Shown: in pieces, positions 12,778-25,545 of the stretch
Numbering within the stretch: position 1 is the stretch's first letter
How the letters are laid out: every line of letters starts with the position of its first letter
Assembly: GCA_002104905.1 (NCBI GenBank)
Contig: MCFE01000282.1
Location: forward strand, 39,572 to 103,571
DNA: 64,000 nt
Direction of reading: 5' to 3'
Origin: Basidiobolus meristosporus CBS 931.73
Lineage: Eukaryota > Fungi > Basidiobolomycota
The notes under the pieces: generated by a model
Seen by the model: the letters and a program-made list of their open reading frames with translations, nothing else
Told to the model about the DNA's origin: nothing
The model's database searches: none
Translations under genes and position numbers: made by a program

Positions 12778-15700
12778 CTAAATGTTGATACTAACTAGTC
12801 TTAATTTTGACCTAAGATATTCAAACTTGTCTCTAGCTAATGGTTTGGTAAATATGTCTGCAATCATTTCATCTGTAGGACAGTAAACTAAGCTAGCTAA
12901 GTTATTCTCTACAGCTGCTCGTATGAAATGACATCTAATATCTATGTGCCTAGTTCTAGCATGAAAAGTTGGATTTCTACCTAATTGTATACATCCTTGA
13001 TTATCTTGAAATAAAGTAATAGGCGTTTTTTGACATAGGCCTCAATCTAAAAAGTTTTCTTAACCACATTGCTTCTTTTGTAGCTTCACAGGCTGCCATA
13101 TACTCTGCCTCTGTGGTGGAAAGTGCTACGGTTGGTTGCTTTCTTGAATTCCATGAAATTGCTCCTTTCCAGTAAAGAAAGGTGTATCCTGTTGTGGATC
13201 TTCTGTCTTCCAAATTTTGTCCTCAATCGGCATCAGAGTATCCCACAAGATCCTGTTCTAAATCCTTATAAGTGTATCTTAAGCAAATATCAGCCATTCC
13301 TTTTAGGTATCTAAAGATATGTTTAACTGCTGCAATATGATCAGATCCATAGCTCTCATTATGTTGGCTGACAACTCCCACTGAATATGAGATATCTGGA
13401 CATGTTCCAAGCATGATATACATCAGACTGCTGACCATAGATTGATAAGGAAAGTCAGGGCTTTCAGATGGCACCAAGCTCTCTTGATTTGGTTGAGTTT
13501 TGACTAAGTTAAGGTTTGTCTCCATTGGGGTAGCTGCTGGTTTACAGTCTTCCATTTGGTACTTCTTTAGTATATCTTGAATATACTTGGATTGGCTTAG
13601 GGTGATTGTCTGGGTACTTCTGTCTATGGAGAACTTAATCCCTAAGTAGTACCTGAGTTCTCCTAGATCAGACATCTTGAACTCCTTAGATAGGCTGGAT
13701 TTAGTCTCTTCCAATGTTTCTAGGTTATTGGTGGCTATAATAAGATCATCCACATGAAGAGCTAATAGAACTGGATTTGCTCTATCTGGCTTATAGTTTA
13801 TGCTATAGTCAGCATTACTCCTTTTGAAACTCAAAGATTCCAAATAAGAATCTATCTTGCAGTTCCAGGCTCTTGGTGATTGTTTGAGACCATAAAGTGA
13901 TTTTTTAAGCTTGCATACCAAATTAGGGTTATGTTGGTCAGCAAACCCATCTGGCTGGTCCATATACATGTCCTCATCAAGTTCTCCATTCAAAAATGCA
14001 GGTTTTACATCCATTTGATGAATAGAAACATATATTTGGCTGCAATAGCCAATATTAATCTGATGGAATTAAACTTGGCTACTGGTGCAAAGGTCTCAGT
14101 ATAGTCAAGTCCTTTTGTTTGAGAGTATCCTTTGGCTACAAGTCTTGCTTTATATCTCTCAATTGTACCATCAGCCTTGTATTTTGTCTTGAAGACCCAT
14201 CTACATCCAATTGATTTTTGGTTGATTGGTAATATGACTAAGTCCCAAATTTGATTTTCCATCAGGGTCTGATATTCCTCAGTCATTGCAGATCTCCAAA
14301 ACTTTGTCTGAGGGCTATTTAGGGCCTCTTTTACAGTCTGAGGTTCATCAATATGAACTGAATAGGCATAGGCTAAGTTTGTACCCTCATTGATAAAGTA
14401 ATTTGGGCTATTTCTTGTCCAATTGGATCTCCGGGCATCTGATACTGGAATGATCACTTCTGGGATATTCCTGGGCACTGATTCTGGCTGAACCATGGTT
14501 GTAGAGTCCTCTGGAGTGAAAAATTCTCATTGTTTTGCTCTGATTCAATCCTGACAATTGGCGGACTTGAGATCAAATTTTTGTCATCATCTGATGTCAT
14601 TTTTTGTGAAAATTTTGAATTTTCATCAAACAACACATCCCTGGACTTGATCGGCTACTTTGCTTTGGTATTGTAGAGTCTGTATGCCTTACTCTTATTG
14701 CTGTAGCCCAAAAACATGTATTTTACACTTTTTGGCTCAAATTTTGACTGATTTCCAGCCAGTTTTTTAGCATATGCTGTACACCCAAATATTCTTAGAT
14801 GTCCTGCACTTGGTCTGTATCCATACCATGCTTCAAATGGAGTAGTTTCACAGAGTATTCTGTTATAACTCCTATTTTTAAGGTATACAGCAGTGGCAAT
14901 GAATTCCGCCCAAAAATCATAGGATAATTTTTGATCATGGATCATAGATCTTGCCATATCAATTATTGATCTGTTAGCACATCCTGCTACTCCATTTTGC
15001 TGTGGGGAGTATGGTACAGTAGTCTCTTGCTTTATCCAATGAATTTTGCAGAAGTGGATGAAGAGTTTTGAAGTATATTCTCCACCATTGTCAGAGCGTA
15101 TTTTCTTGATTTTTTCACCAGTTTCTCTCTCCACCATGGCTTTAAACTCCCTGAACTTAGACGGAGCTTCTTCCTTTCTCTCCATGAAGTAGACCCATGT
15201 GTATCTTGTATAATCATCAATAAAAGTGATTAAATACTTCATCCCGCCTAAGGATAAATTTTGCATAGGTCCACACAGATCTGAGTGAATTAGATCTAAT
15301 TTTTTCTTAGTTTTGATCAACCCAGAGCTCTTGAACAGTTGTCTGGCTTGTTTCCCATATATGCAGGCTTCACAGTGCTCCAAATTAGCTGGGGGATCAA
15401 TTTTCACTCCAGAAATTAGCTGATCCTTGATCATTTTACACAAATAATCAAAATTGATGTGTCCAAATCTCCTGTGCCAAAATATTGGTGTTTCTTTATT
15501 TAAGTTACTTCTATTGGCTTCCAAATATGATGGAATATAAGTCAACTTGTATAGATTCTGATCTTGGATGCCCAAAGCAATATGGGCACCATTTTGATCA
15601 GTTATCCTGCATCCAGAATTGTCAAAACTGAAGCTGAGTCCTTCTGCTATGGCCTTGCTTACAGAGAGTAGGTTCTTGGCTATTTCTGGCACATAGAGTA

Positions 15701-16529
15701 CTTCTTTAAAGGTCAGTGTATGGCTTCCTTCACTGCTTCTAAGGTTTACTTGGATAGTTCCTTCTCCCACTGCATCAAGTGTTCTATTGTCACCCATGAA
15801 AACCTTCTTAATTGGAATTTCTTGATATTGGGTAAAAAGTTCTTTTTGGAGTGTAAAGTGTTGAGAAGCTCCAGAGTCAATATACCATGTCTGATAATCC
15901 TTGTTTGTGGTCATATTTAGTGCAGATATGAATAGTCTATCTTCAGTTGTTGCAGCATTTCCATATTCAGTCTTCTTTTGCTGATAATCTCTCTTTTTGA
16001 GACACCGGTCTGATGTGTGTCCTTTCCTTTTGCAGTAGTTGCAAAACAGGTTGCTGTTGCCTTTGTAGGGTCTTGGGTACCTCCTTTGTTTGTTATCATT
16101 GCTTATTAAAGCATTTTCTTCTTCCTTCTTATTAGCGCTTGATTTTCTTAATTCTTCATCCAGGAGTCTTCCATATACATAGTTTAAGATCAAATCTTCA
16201 GTTCTGGACTCTAGGGCAGATACAAGGTCCTGAAACTTGTCTGTCAGGCTATTCAGGATGGTAACTATTAGCAATTTGTCCCTGACATTAAGGCAAATGC
16301 AGTTAAAGGCACTTTGTTCTTTCTTCTGGTACTTCAAGGCTTCCTCTCCCACGTTTTTAGGAGGGCATTCTTCTCCCATGACAATATCCAAAAGGCCTCT
16401 TTCTTGCAGCAGCATCTTCATCTTCACCTTCCACACTTGCTAGTTAGATCCATCCAACTTCTCAGCAGAGGGAAAAATTCCAGTAATAGCAGTAGTAGAC
16501 ATTGCAGAGAGTGACAGCTTGGGGCTCAT
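12778..16529 (-). pseudogene. copia gag-pol polyprotein pseudogene
   Basis: KLDGSN*QVW (stop replaces Y), zinc knuckle CNYCKRKGHTSDRC, protease YIDSGASQH, integrase HSDLCGP/FIDD/SDNGGEY with the catalytic E lost (QNGVAGCANR), RT HVDD instead of YVDD, RNase [19 protein letters not shown]. Several frameshifts. Confidence 0.93.
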
Positions 16530-16533
16530 AACC
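16522..16533 (-). promoter_or_regulatory. Primer-binding site complementary to the anticodon arm of initiator tRNA-Met (half-tRNA priming)
   Basis: GGTTATGAGCCC directly follows the LTR's CA and lacks the TGG of CCA-end primers. It is the complement of GGGCTCATAACC in fungal tRNAiMet. Confidence 0.8.
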
Positions 16534-16881
16534 TGTTGTAAGAGTCTTGGAGATATTGGAAGTGATTGGGAGGACAAGTAGATTATGTGGTTTTCACTTA
16601 ATGATTTATTGAATGTAAAGTAGTATTTATACTTTTACATGGTCTTGGCATAGCAAACATGTAGAATAGGTTAACAAAGGTCCCAAGAACATGTGTGCAA
16701 AGTTTGGGGCTGTTTGGACAACTTTGAGAATTTTCATGTTCTGGGTACCTGGTATTTTGGTGATAATATTCTAAGTAAATCTTGACAAGGAATTTGGTCA
16801 GTATTCTCTAAGATTTGAAGGTAATGATCCAAGTGACTAAGTTAGGTGAATATTTAGGTGGAAATATAAATTTTTACAACA
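16534..16881 (-). repeat. 5' LTR (348 bp)
   Basis: See the 3' LTR; identical termini. Confidence 0.95.
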
Positions 16882-16884
16882 GAT

Positions 16885-17581
16885 TGTTGCATTCAAGAGA
16901 AAAGTGTAATAAAACTCTTGAATGAGTTAATTGAAACTAAGTGACAACTAGGCGCAGAATCTTAGAATTGTCAAGGGTGACAGAAATATTAGCAGAGAAG
17001 TTCTGGTCTAATATTGGTTTTGTATAGAGTTGGGTTGGGCTATAAAGGTAACAGAGTTGGTTTGCTATACAGGCTAGGCTTGGTGTTCCTGGGAATGTTA
17101 GATATACTAGGCTTAGGTGGAAACTGGAATGGAATTGTTGAATTCTTAATTTTACTGAGGCACAATCTTAGTTTTGTTGAGACATACACTAAACCAAAAG
17201 TTTCAGTAAACTTTATTTATATTTTTCTGATCAAGTTGAATTAGTAAGTGCCAGGAGACTGGACTAATTGAAATCTGTTGGGGTGTTCATATGTGCATAA
17301 GATAAATGAGAAACTGCATCATTAATCAGCTGATGTCTTGGCAACTGCTAAGTGGTTGGATAGATCTCTGATGACTAATCACTTGAAAGGCTTAGCAGAT
17401 CAGTTGAGGATGTAATGACCACATTAAAATTGATCAGGTGTGACAGCTAAAAATATATTCTGAGAAGTGATAAAATAAACCACAACTGGGATTAGTTATG
17501 TTTAGGCCAGGGAAACCTGTCAGGATACTAGATTTTCTAACAGAGCAAAATAGGCTAAGTTTTAAATGCTGATGCACAACA
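16885..17581. repeat. Solo LTR, family B (~697 bp), inserted in the CACTA transposase
   Basis: TGTTG...CACAACA termini; TSD GTGAT (12411-12415 and 17582-17586); homologous to 56709-57405. Confidence 0.88.
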
Positions 17582-18600
17582 GTGATACCCTAGGCATCTG
17601 GAAGATAGCTGGCTTTTCTGAAGACAATTGATGGTATTGCTGTCAAACATGTGAGATCCAGGGGAAATACTCCATAGCTCAAACACAATATTGTTATCCA
17701 AACATCATACTAGGTATATCATCTCCCCACTGAGAGATTGTGCAGAAGTTAGCATGCAATTGGAGCAAAGTTGGCAGGCCATAAGCAATCAGTCAGAATA
17801 CAGAATTAATCAAAAACCACAGATACCTAAGATAGAGGGTATTTGTTGGAGCAAAGTATGCCACTGGGAGCAAAGCATCTGCCTTTCAACTATATCCTTC
17901 CATTAATGAACACAATGTACATGGGGCATTTCAACCTATATAAGCCCTTTAATATGCCAGATAAATCTGAAAGAATTGGCAAGATATTATAGAGAATTTG
18001 CTATCCAAAGTACTTCTCACAGGCTTCAATCAGTATTCACATGCATATGCACGTATAAAAATGTAAGGACTAGATAAGCCAGATATGTACCTATTTAAGT
18101 TGCCTTCTGAAGCCATTTCTACCAAGAATACATTGTAAGCCTTGGCAGTCATACATTTACATTGTAGGAATATTTATCCAGCAGTGGATCATTATTGTCC
18201 AATTGACTCATCTACAGCTTTTATGCAAGGAGCCTATGACAGGGTTTGAGCAGCTATACTAATAGTATAAAGCTGAGTGCATGTATCTCTGCTGGTACTG
18301 TATCTACCCTCTACTTCATCTTGTTTAGTGTGTGGAGAATATTGGGCCTTGCTTCACCATTTGGTAGTTTCATATGGAGTGGATATGTGGGAAGATCAGA
18401 AGATAAGTCAAGTTTCAGGTACTACCATATCCCAATCTCATCAAGAATATGACCTTCAAGTCCATCATGGATGGGAAGAGCTGAAAAACCTGAGGACAGA
18501 TGTGCACATGGAGACATCTATGCCTTTGGCATTAAGTAGCTAAGCAGTCCTATTGCATGGGTAATCAGTTAAGTTATGCATGGTTGGGTGGAGACAATGA
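17582..18600 (+). pseudogene. CACTA-type transposase pseudogene, 3' part
   Basis: After removing the insertions the frame reads IGD|TLGIWKIAGFSEDN*WYCCQTCEIQG (GD.PA..K..G..GHN...C..C.I.G-like). The later VCGEYWAL... resembles the GP...YW.F..ER.CG motif. Confidence 0.65.
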
Positions 18601-19759
18601 ACAACTAGTTTTATTAGGACAATTTTACCAAATTATGCCAGGTTTCTCTTGGTCACCAGTAAATTTCTACACCATTTGATACAGAACTTGCACAAAGAAG
18701 AGCCAGAGCACACCTTTAAGGGGGTCTAGAATCCAGCAGGGAGAAGGAATACATTGGCAAATACCAAAAGGCTCTTTGTGGATATTCAAGAGGTATTCAT
18801 GGCAAAATTGGTGTCAACCAAGCATACATTTGCAAGATGTATATGTTACCAGCTATACATGGTATATGGCAGTTTTGCAAGTATCACACTAAACAGTCAT
18901 AAACTTAAGGTGATAGATGTATGTATATTGCAGCAGGTGTGTGTATATGCAGAGGTTAGTAAGCAGGAGGTTATAGTTTTATTGATTCAAACTACAAGTG
19001 GAATGCCCAAGGTAATAGTGGGTGAGCAACTAAAGAGAGGTAATTCTACAGTGAAATATATGAGTGGTACAGGGGGAGGTGGAGAGAGCAAATACCACTT
19101 GGGAAATTGGTATGGTAGCATTATTTGGAACTAGCTATGGGCTGCTGTACTGCTATTATAATGCAAGCAGAGGTCAACCATGAGGCCATCAGAGCAACAT
19201 TAAGCTTCCTACCAGATAAGGCAATTTGATGTATTAGCCAGTTAGGTCTGCTCTAAGTCTAAGAAGCTTGTTACAATAGCCACATGATGCTTTTTCTCTT
19301 CTCTCACAGAGTTGAGTCAAAGTAGTCTTGTCCATGGGGCAATGGCTTGATACTGAACAATGTAGCTATATCACATCACTTTTTGCTAATATACATGTGT
19401 AAATGTGAGAGTTTTGTTTTGTAGACATTGCTCCTACTTGTATGCAGGATTCATTGATGGCCTACTTTAGTAAGCATTATGAATAGTGTTGTGGCACCAT
19501 ATACACATATGTATGTAACACTATTTCCCCATTGGTTTGACTCACTTTTATGCTTAAGCAGTCAAAAACTAAGACAAAGATATCTGGTTCCAGACTAAGC
19601 CCCACTACAGACAACAGTAGAAGAATGGATGGACAACAGCATGCTTTGACACTCAGTGCAACAAGCAGGACTGCATCCAAAAAAGGCCATGTTGACACAC
19701 TACCCATTGAAGGCAATTATGGGGACTCCTCAGGCTCTCAATCATTTTGGCAACTGAGA

Positions 19760-20215
19760 ATTGCTGCAGAGCTGCAAGCTGACCATAATGCCCAGCCAGA
19801 TGAGAGTGTAGCAAATGCAGTACCTCCAGTGGAAGGCCAGCAATTGACCATCATAACATTACCACCACCAGTACTTGCAAGTATGTTGTCAGCTCATACT
19901 AAAGTATTGATGAAGTAATTAGGTGCAGTGGCTGATAGGATAGATGCAATGGCCCAGAGTAATCAGGAAGCTGTCCTGAGACAGGATGAGTAAGCAGTAT
20001 ATCTAGAGCAATCAATATCCCAGGTAGGCAATACAGTATCTTTGCTGCAATGAAGGCACTCCAGTAGGTCAATATTTCATACCAGAATTGAACCATTCCC
20101 ATATGTGGCAGCAGAGGAACACTGTGCAGTCTTTGAAGCACAACAACAGTGCCTAAAGATAGAGCCCACAGAAAAACCTATCACAGCATGGGAGGAAGAG
20201 ACTGTGATAATTATA
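19760..20215 (+). repeat. Repeat family A, copy 3 (fragment, opposite orientation)
   Basis: Reverse complement of ~10340-10800 (gcagaggaacactgtgcagtctttgaagcacaacaacagtgcc). Confidence 0.8.
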
Positions 20216-20219
20216 CTTT

Positions 20220-20624
20220 CAAGTAGGCTATATGGTTTTCACTCAATGATATATTGAAAATAGATGTGGTATTTATACTTTTACATGGTCTTGGCAAAAC
20301 AAATACATAGAGCATGCTACAGAAGTTCACAAGTGCATGTGTACAAAGTCTGGGGCTGTTTGGATAGCTTGCTTATATTTCATGTTTTGGGTACCTGATG
20401 TTTTGGTGAAAATATCCTTGGTAAATCCTAGCAAGGAATTGGCCAGAATTCTCCAAGATTGTACACTATGATCTAAGTCACAAGTTAGGCAAATATTCAG
20501 TTGTATTTTCAAGGTTTACAACAAAGTATAGATAACATTTACATTCAGTGTATTGTTAAGTGGAAACCACAGAACCTATTAATTCTCCCCGTGACTTTCT
20601 AAATCTTGAGAGACTCCCACAACA
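20220..20624. repeat. Truncated copia LTR (20220-20523) followed by an inverted fragment of a related LTR (20530-20624)
   Basis: The first part matches LTR position ~40 to the end (tttacaaca). The reverse complement of the second, tgttgtgggagtctctcaagatttagaaagtcacgggg..., matches the LTR start. Confidence 0.75.
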
Positions 20625-21550
20625 GTAGACGCAAGCATTGGTCAACACTGCGAAGAGACGTATAAGGCAGTGCCATTGATATTGTTAAAAATCTCATATC
20701 TCAGATGCACTGGACCGATTGTGAGACTGCTACAGTAGAAGAATGTGTCAAGTCTTGAAAACAATGTAGGCAATGTGCGAGAGTCCATCAAACTATGTTG
20801 AACCACACACACACCGCATATCCCCTCCGCACATTCGCCATTCAACGATCTCCCTTGGTTCAAGAGAATATTTTGTTGAATCCAAGTGTACTGGTCAAAG
20901 CTTGACCCTGAAATAGTGGGCATGGTTTGTAGGTAACTTCGGCACCCCTTAATCTTTCCAGGGTTACGTTTTAAGGGTCAAGTAGATATGTGAAGGTAGA
21001 TGGGTGGCATCAATATCAGTGACTAAATAGATATCACTCACCTACATTCATGCCATCACTTCGAGGTTGGTGATACATGGGGAACGGTGCTCCCCCCCCG
21101 GCTGTAGATAAGCCAGGTGAGAGGCGGTGGGGAGTGAGTGGGGGGGGAGACTAGATCATATCTGCCTTTCGTCCCACCCCGCCAGTTGCCATCTGGTTCG
21201 ATGGTTCTTGGCAATGGTGCAACTCCACTACGCCATCCGGATCCACGAATCATTTGATGGCCGCTATTTCGGATCCCGCCCCTTATTTCCACTTGTGGCT
21301 GACCCATACCAACACGACCCGGTTCTATACTGACATTTATTCTACCTACGTACACTCCTACTCACACACACACACGTACTAATCGTCCTGTACCTCGGCC
21401 AACAAACCCCGGCCGCCGATTTTGCATGCAAGAAAGCCATTTGTTTATAGGATGAGTGTCGGGGAAAGGGGGGGATGAAGGATGGGATGGGGTGGGGTGA
21501 AGTGGAGGTGAAGGTGAAGGTGAAGGTGGAAGAAGAGGAAGTGGCCGCAC

Positions 21551-22889
21551 TTAAATATGGTGACGATGGCAGAAGTTCTCTATGCGCTCGTACGCCTCGA
21601 TCAATCTCTCCTTGGGCGGGGTGATCACGAGACGAACGTAGTTGGGGTATTTGAAGCACTGGGCGGGGAGGACGATGACCGACTCCTCGCCGAGCAGCTT
21701 CTCGGAGAATTCCACATCATCCTTGATATCTTTGAATTGGTCCGACTGGATCTCCACCATCATGTACATGGCTCCCTGGGGCTTGATCACCCGAAGCCCC
21801 GGGATTCTCGATAGCATCTCCTCGCTGAGGAGGGCGTTCTGTTCGACCTGGAGGTTGGTCTCGGTGTAGAAGGACTCCGGGGTGTTGTGAAGGATCTCGG
21901 GGAGGGCGGCTTGGATGACGGTGTTCGCCCCGATGATCATCTGACTCAAGGAGATCAACCCCTCCCGTACCTCCTTCAGGATCTCGTTGCGGTCGTGGAT
22001 CAGGACCCAGCCAACACGCCAGCCTGGGACCAGGTACCGTTTGGCCAGGCCACCGACCGAGATGACGGGGACGGAGTTGGTGAGGGAGGCGATGGGGGTG
22101 AAGGAGTATCCAGAGAACACCATGTCCCCGTAGATCTCGTCCGAGATGATGGGCAAACGATGCTCCTCGCACACCCTGAGGAGCTCCTTGAGGTGGGCTT
22201 CGGAGAAGACCGAGCCGCAGGGGTTCGATGGGTTGTTGATGATGACGGCGGCGGTGTTCTCGTCGATCAGGCTCTTGAGGTGATCGATATCGATCTCCCA
22301 GGAGTTCTCGGGGCTAAGGTTGTAGTAGCGGCACTCGATCTTCTTGGGTCCGGCGAGGGTCTCGTACACGGAGAACCCGGGGCGTGGTAAGAGGATGTTC
22401 TGGCCTTCGTCGGCCAGAGCGCCGATGGCGAGCTCCAGAGCTCCGGAAGCTCCGCTGGCGATGATCACATCGTTTGCGGTAAGAGGGGAGGTTTTGGTGC
22501 CGTACTTCTTGGCGATGGCGTCTCTGGCAACCTCGAGGCCTGGAAGGGTCGGTCAGAAGGATGGAAGCGAGAGGAAGGGTCGGAGGGGACTTACCAGTGG
22601 AAGGGCCATAACCACTAGCGGTGTGGGCACGGAACTTGGAGACGACCGCCTCGATGCAGGACTCGTCAATCTTGAAGTTTCCAAAGATGGTTGGATCCCC
22701 TTTGGGAGGTAAAGGTTAGAAGGGGTCGGGGAGCGGAAGAAGCCGAAGGAACTCACCAAGGGCCAAACTAATCACGGCCTTCTGTGGATGAGGGGCAACC
22801 TTCAGGTTGTCAACGATTCGACGAATAGGGTTGACCGCGCGTTGGGAAGCCTTCGAGGCACGGATATTCCACTCAGCTCCGGTGGTCAT
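21551..22889 (-). CDS. TAT: Tyrosine aminotransferase (class I PLP-dependent), 3 exons
   Basis: NPIRRIVD...ISLALGDPTIFGN, SGYGPSTG, IIINNPSNPCG, IISDEIY, PLP-lysine motif GGLAKRYLVPGWRVGW; GT-AG introns. Confidence 0.93.
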
Positions 22890-23459
22890 GGTTTATCAAA
22901 CGTAACAAAGATGTTTGGCCTTTTCAGCGGCTGAAGCCCCTATTTATTGAATTCCCCTACACCGAGGGGAATCCGGTGGTCGGTACGTAGTGATTATTGG
23001 CTGGTGTGCCATGGATGTTGCATCCCTATCGGACCCAAGATCCGGCGGATATTATCGAGATCCTTGGCCAGAATCCACGTGTGTTGGAACGTTTCGGGAA
23101 TGTCACAGGGATGTTACGGATGTGTCGAATCTCCCATACGTGATGCAACGGCGGAAATGTTCGAGCGTGCGGAAATGACGGATTCTTGATTTGGATCGAG
23201 TCATCACGCCTTGTGTCCTATTTGGAGAGGAGACCCTACATACCACCACCGCCCTATCGACACCCTAATTGCACCCACCCTCGCTCATTTGCAATCACCC
23301 TAAATGCCCAGGAATTTCCCACACTTCAGACCAGAAAATTCTCACACTTCAAGTGTCGTCGTATGCGGAAGCATCGCACAGGGTCACTCACAGGATGGAG
23401 TTTATTGAGTTGAAGAGGTACATCTATGAAAAAGGAATCCGATCAACCATGCCCATAGG

Positions 23460-24485
23460 TTAGGCGGGCTTACGGAAACTGGCCTGAATGAAGATTCGAT
23501 CGAACACCATGTCCCGCTTACGGTTGACCGTCTCTTTGTTGATGTAGTCCACGTTCATCAGCTCGAAGCCCTCGTTGGTGAACAGCTCGACGAGGAACTC
23601 CCTGGAGAAGTAGTAGGCCATGGTTCCGTCCTGGCGGACGTAGAAGTTGTCCCGTAGTTTGCTTCCAGGCTTGAATCGGAGCTGGGCCTGATCATACAGC
23701 CCATAGTCCCGGAAGAGGACTTGCCCGTTGGGCTTCATGACCTATAGGATGGGGGAGGGGATTTCCGTGAATCTGGGTTCGCCAAGCACCGCTGCGTTGT
23801 CGCCTACCTCGAAAAGATTCCGCACCGCGAAGGCCATCTTCTCCGGGGGGATCGCGGAGAGAACAAATATGGCCGAGATGAAATCGACTGTGTTGGGGGA
23901 GATGTTATCCTGGAGCTTGTCCTTGGTCAGATCACATACAAACGCGTTGCATCGGCCCTCGCTGTATTGTGGGTTTTGCTGGGGTTGGTGAGAAGCTGTG
24001 TGTGGTGGGAAGCAGCTGGAACAATGGCTTACCTTCACAAACTCCACCGCCCGCTGGGAGAAGTCGCATGCGTGCATGAACAGGTTGGGGTTGGAGTTCA
24101 ACACGGGGTAGATGAAGTTTCCGACGCCACAGCCAACCTCTAGACACACCTAGAAAATGGAGGCTTGGTTCAGCGGGGCTGTCCAGGGGGGACGAAATAG
24201 ATATGAATGGGACCTTTCTCTCGGGAGGTTGCTCGGGGTCGTAACGTAGTTCCTCGAATTCTCTGTCGATCCAGTGGCGATCCTTGAAGAAGTTCGTGGT
24301 GTTTCTTTTGTAGAAAAGATCCCTAGATGACGGTGAGTTCGGTGGGGTTTGGTTGGGCCGGATAAGGCGGAAGGTTACCAGTTTTTCGCCGCCTCGTTGG
24401 TGTACTTGTTGGCCCAGAATTCTGGGACTATGGTGCTGTCCTTGGCCAGTATCTCCTTCGCTTTCGCCTCTTTCTCGGGATTCAT
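23460..24485 (-). CDS. METTL6: tRNA m3C methyltransferase, METTL6/Trm141-like, 5 exons
   Basis: NWDLFYKRNTTNFFKDRHW, LEVGCGVGN (SAM motif I), ACDFS, IFVLSAI, LFRDYGLYDQAQLRFK, NFYVRQDGT. Start codon approximate. Confidence 0.88.
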
Positions 24486-24709
24486 TGGTTGTTCTGACCT
24501 TGGGTTTCCCACTTGCCACTTGTCACCCACTATCTAACAGGATGGAGAAAATAAAAAAAATCGGTTGCAGTCATGAATCTCCAATCCATGGAAGCCATCC
24601 AATGTTCAGGTATGGATCTCAGCATCTATGCGGATACTATGGCTAACCGAAAAAATCGATAAATCTGTGCGTGATTCCTACAAACACGACTTGGATATTG
24701 CTTGATAAT

Positions 24710-25377
24710 ATGGAAGAGCAGGCACGTAAACGTAAGGAGCGCTTGCAGGCACTTAGAGCGGCCAAACTCGGCGAGGGGAAGGAGGAGAATGTAAAGTACG
24801 TATATGTGTGTGCGTAGTAAGGCGGTCCACCTACGCGAACGCCCCGCGCTAACGCAGTTGTGCGCTTCTTTTCAACGTAGGCCTACCCTGAAGTTTCGGA
24901 ATTACGACCCCCTCAATAGCGAATTTCAAGCCTCAGTCGCCCCAGTAGAGCGGGAGAAGATCGAGACGGTTGAAAAACAGGTGGACGGACTTACAGAGGC
25001 CGTGCTGGAGGAGGAGCAGAAAAAGATGAAAGAAGAGCTGGTATGTTTCCCCCACGTAGAACTCCCGTCCTCATCATCGTTTCCTCACCAACTTTTTTGA
25101 CCAGGATCTGGCCAACCTGGCCCCCAAAAAGCCCAACTGGGACCTGAAACGGGACGTCGAGAAACAACTCAACCGGTTAGAGAAGAAGACGAAAGCCAGC
25201 ATTGCCGAGCTGATCAGTGAGGAATTCCGTTTATTCTTGAGGTTTGGTGGGTCTAGACTAACGTGATGTTTAGGGATTCGACTGAAGGGAGACAAGACTT
25301 CGGATCTGGTTGGTGCCGTCAATGCAGTCAACGAGCAACAACAAAACAGAGTGGATTCGGACGACGAGGAGGCTTAG
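24710..25377 (+). CDS. CCDC12: Pre-mRNA splicing factor Cwf18/CCDC12, 4 exons
   Basis: MEEQARKRKERLQALR, LKFRNYDP, DLANLAPKKPNWDLKRDVEKQL...IAELI. Confidence 0.9.
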
Positions 25378-25545
25378 TGAGTCCGAGATCCTTTTCGATG
25401 ATATCTTTACTGCGTTCCATGAAAATAAAGTCATCCCTTGTGTGTACAGAAATCCATTCACCATCGGTAGCTCTTTCGTCTTCAATCCGCAGTGCTCAAC
25501 AATGGAGTTGCTGAGGCTATTTACAATCAGCACTACGGGCACAGC

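Larger units (their letters stand above)
12418..16881 (-). mobile_element. Structurally complete but inactivated Ty1/copia LTR retrotransposon (4464 bp)
   Basis: Two LTRs (tgttgtaa...ttacaaca), 5-bp TSD GATTG (12413-12417 and 16882-16886), PBS at 16522-16533, PPT at 12767-12775, gag-PR-INT-RT-RH domain order. Confidence 0.97.
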
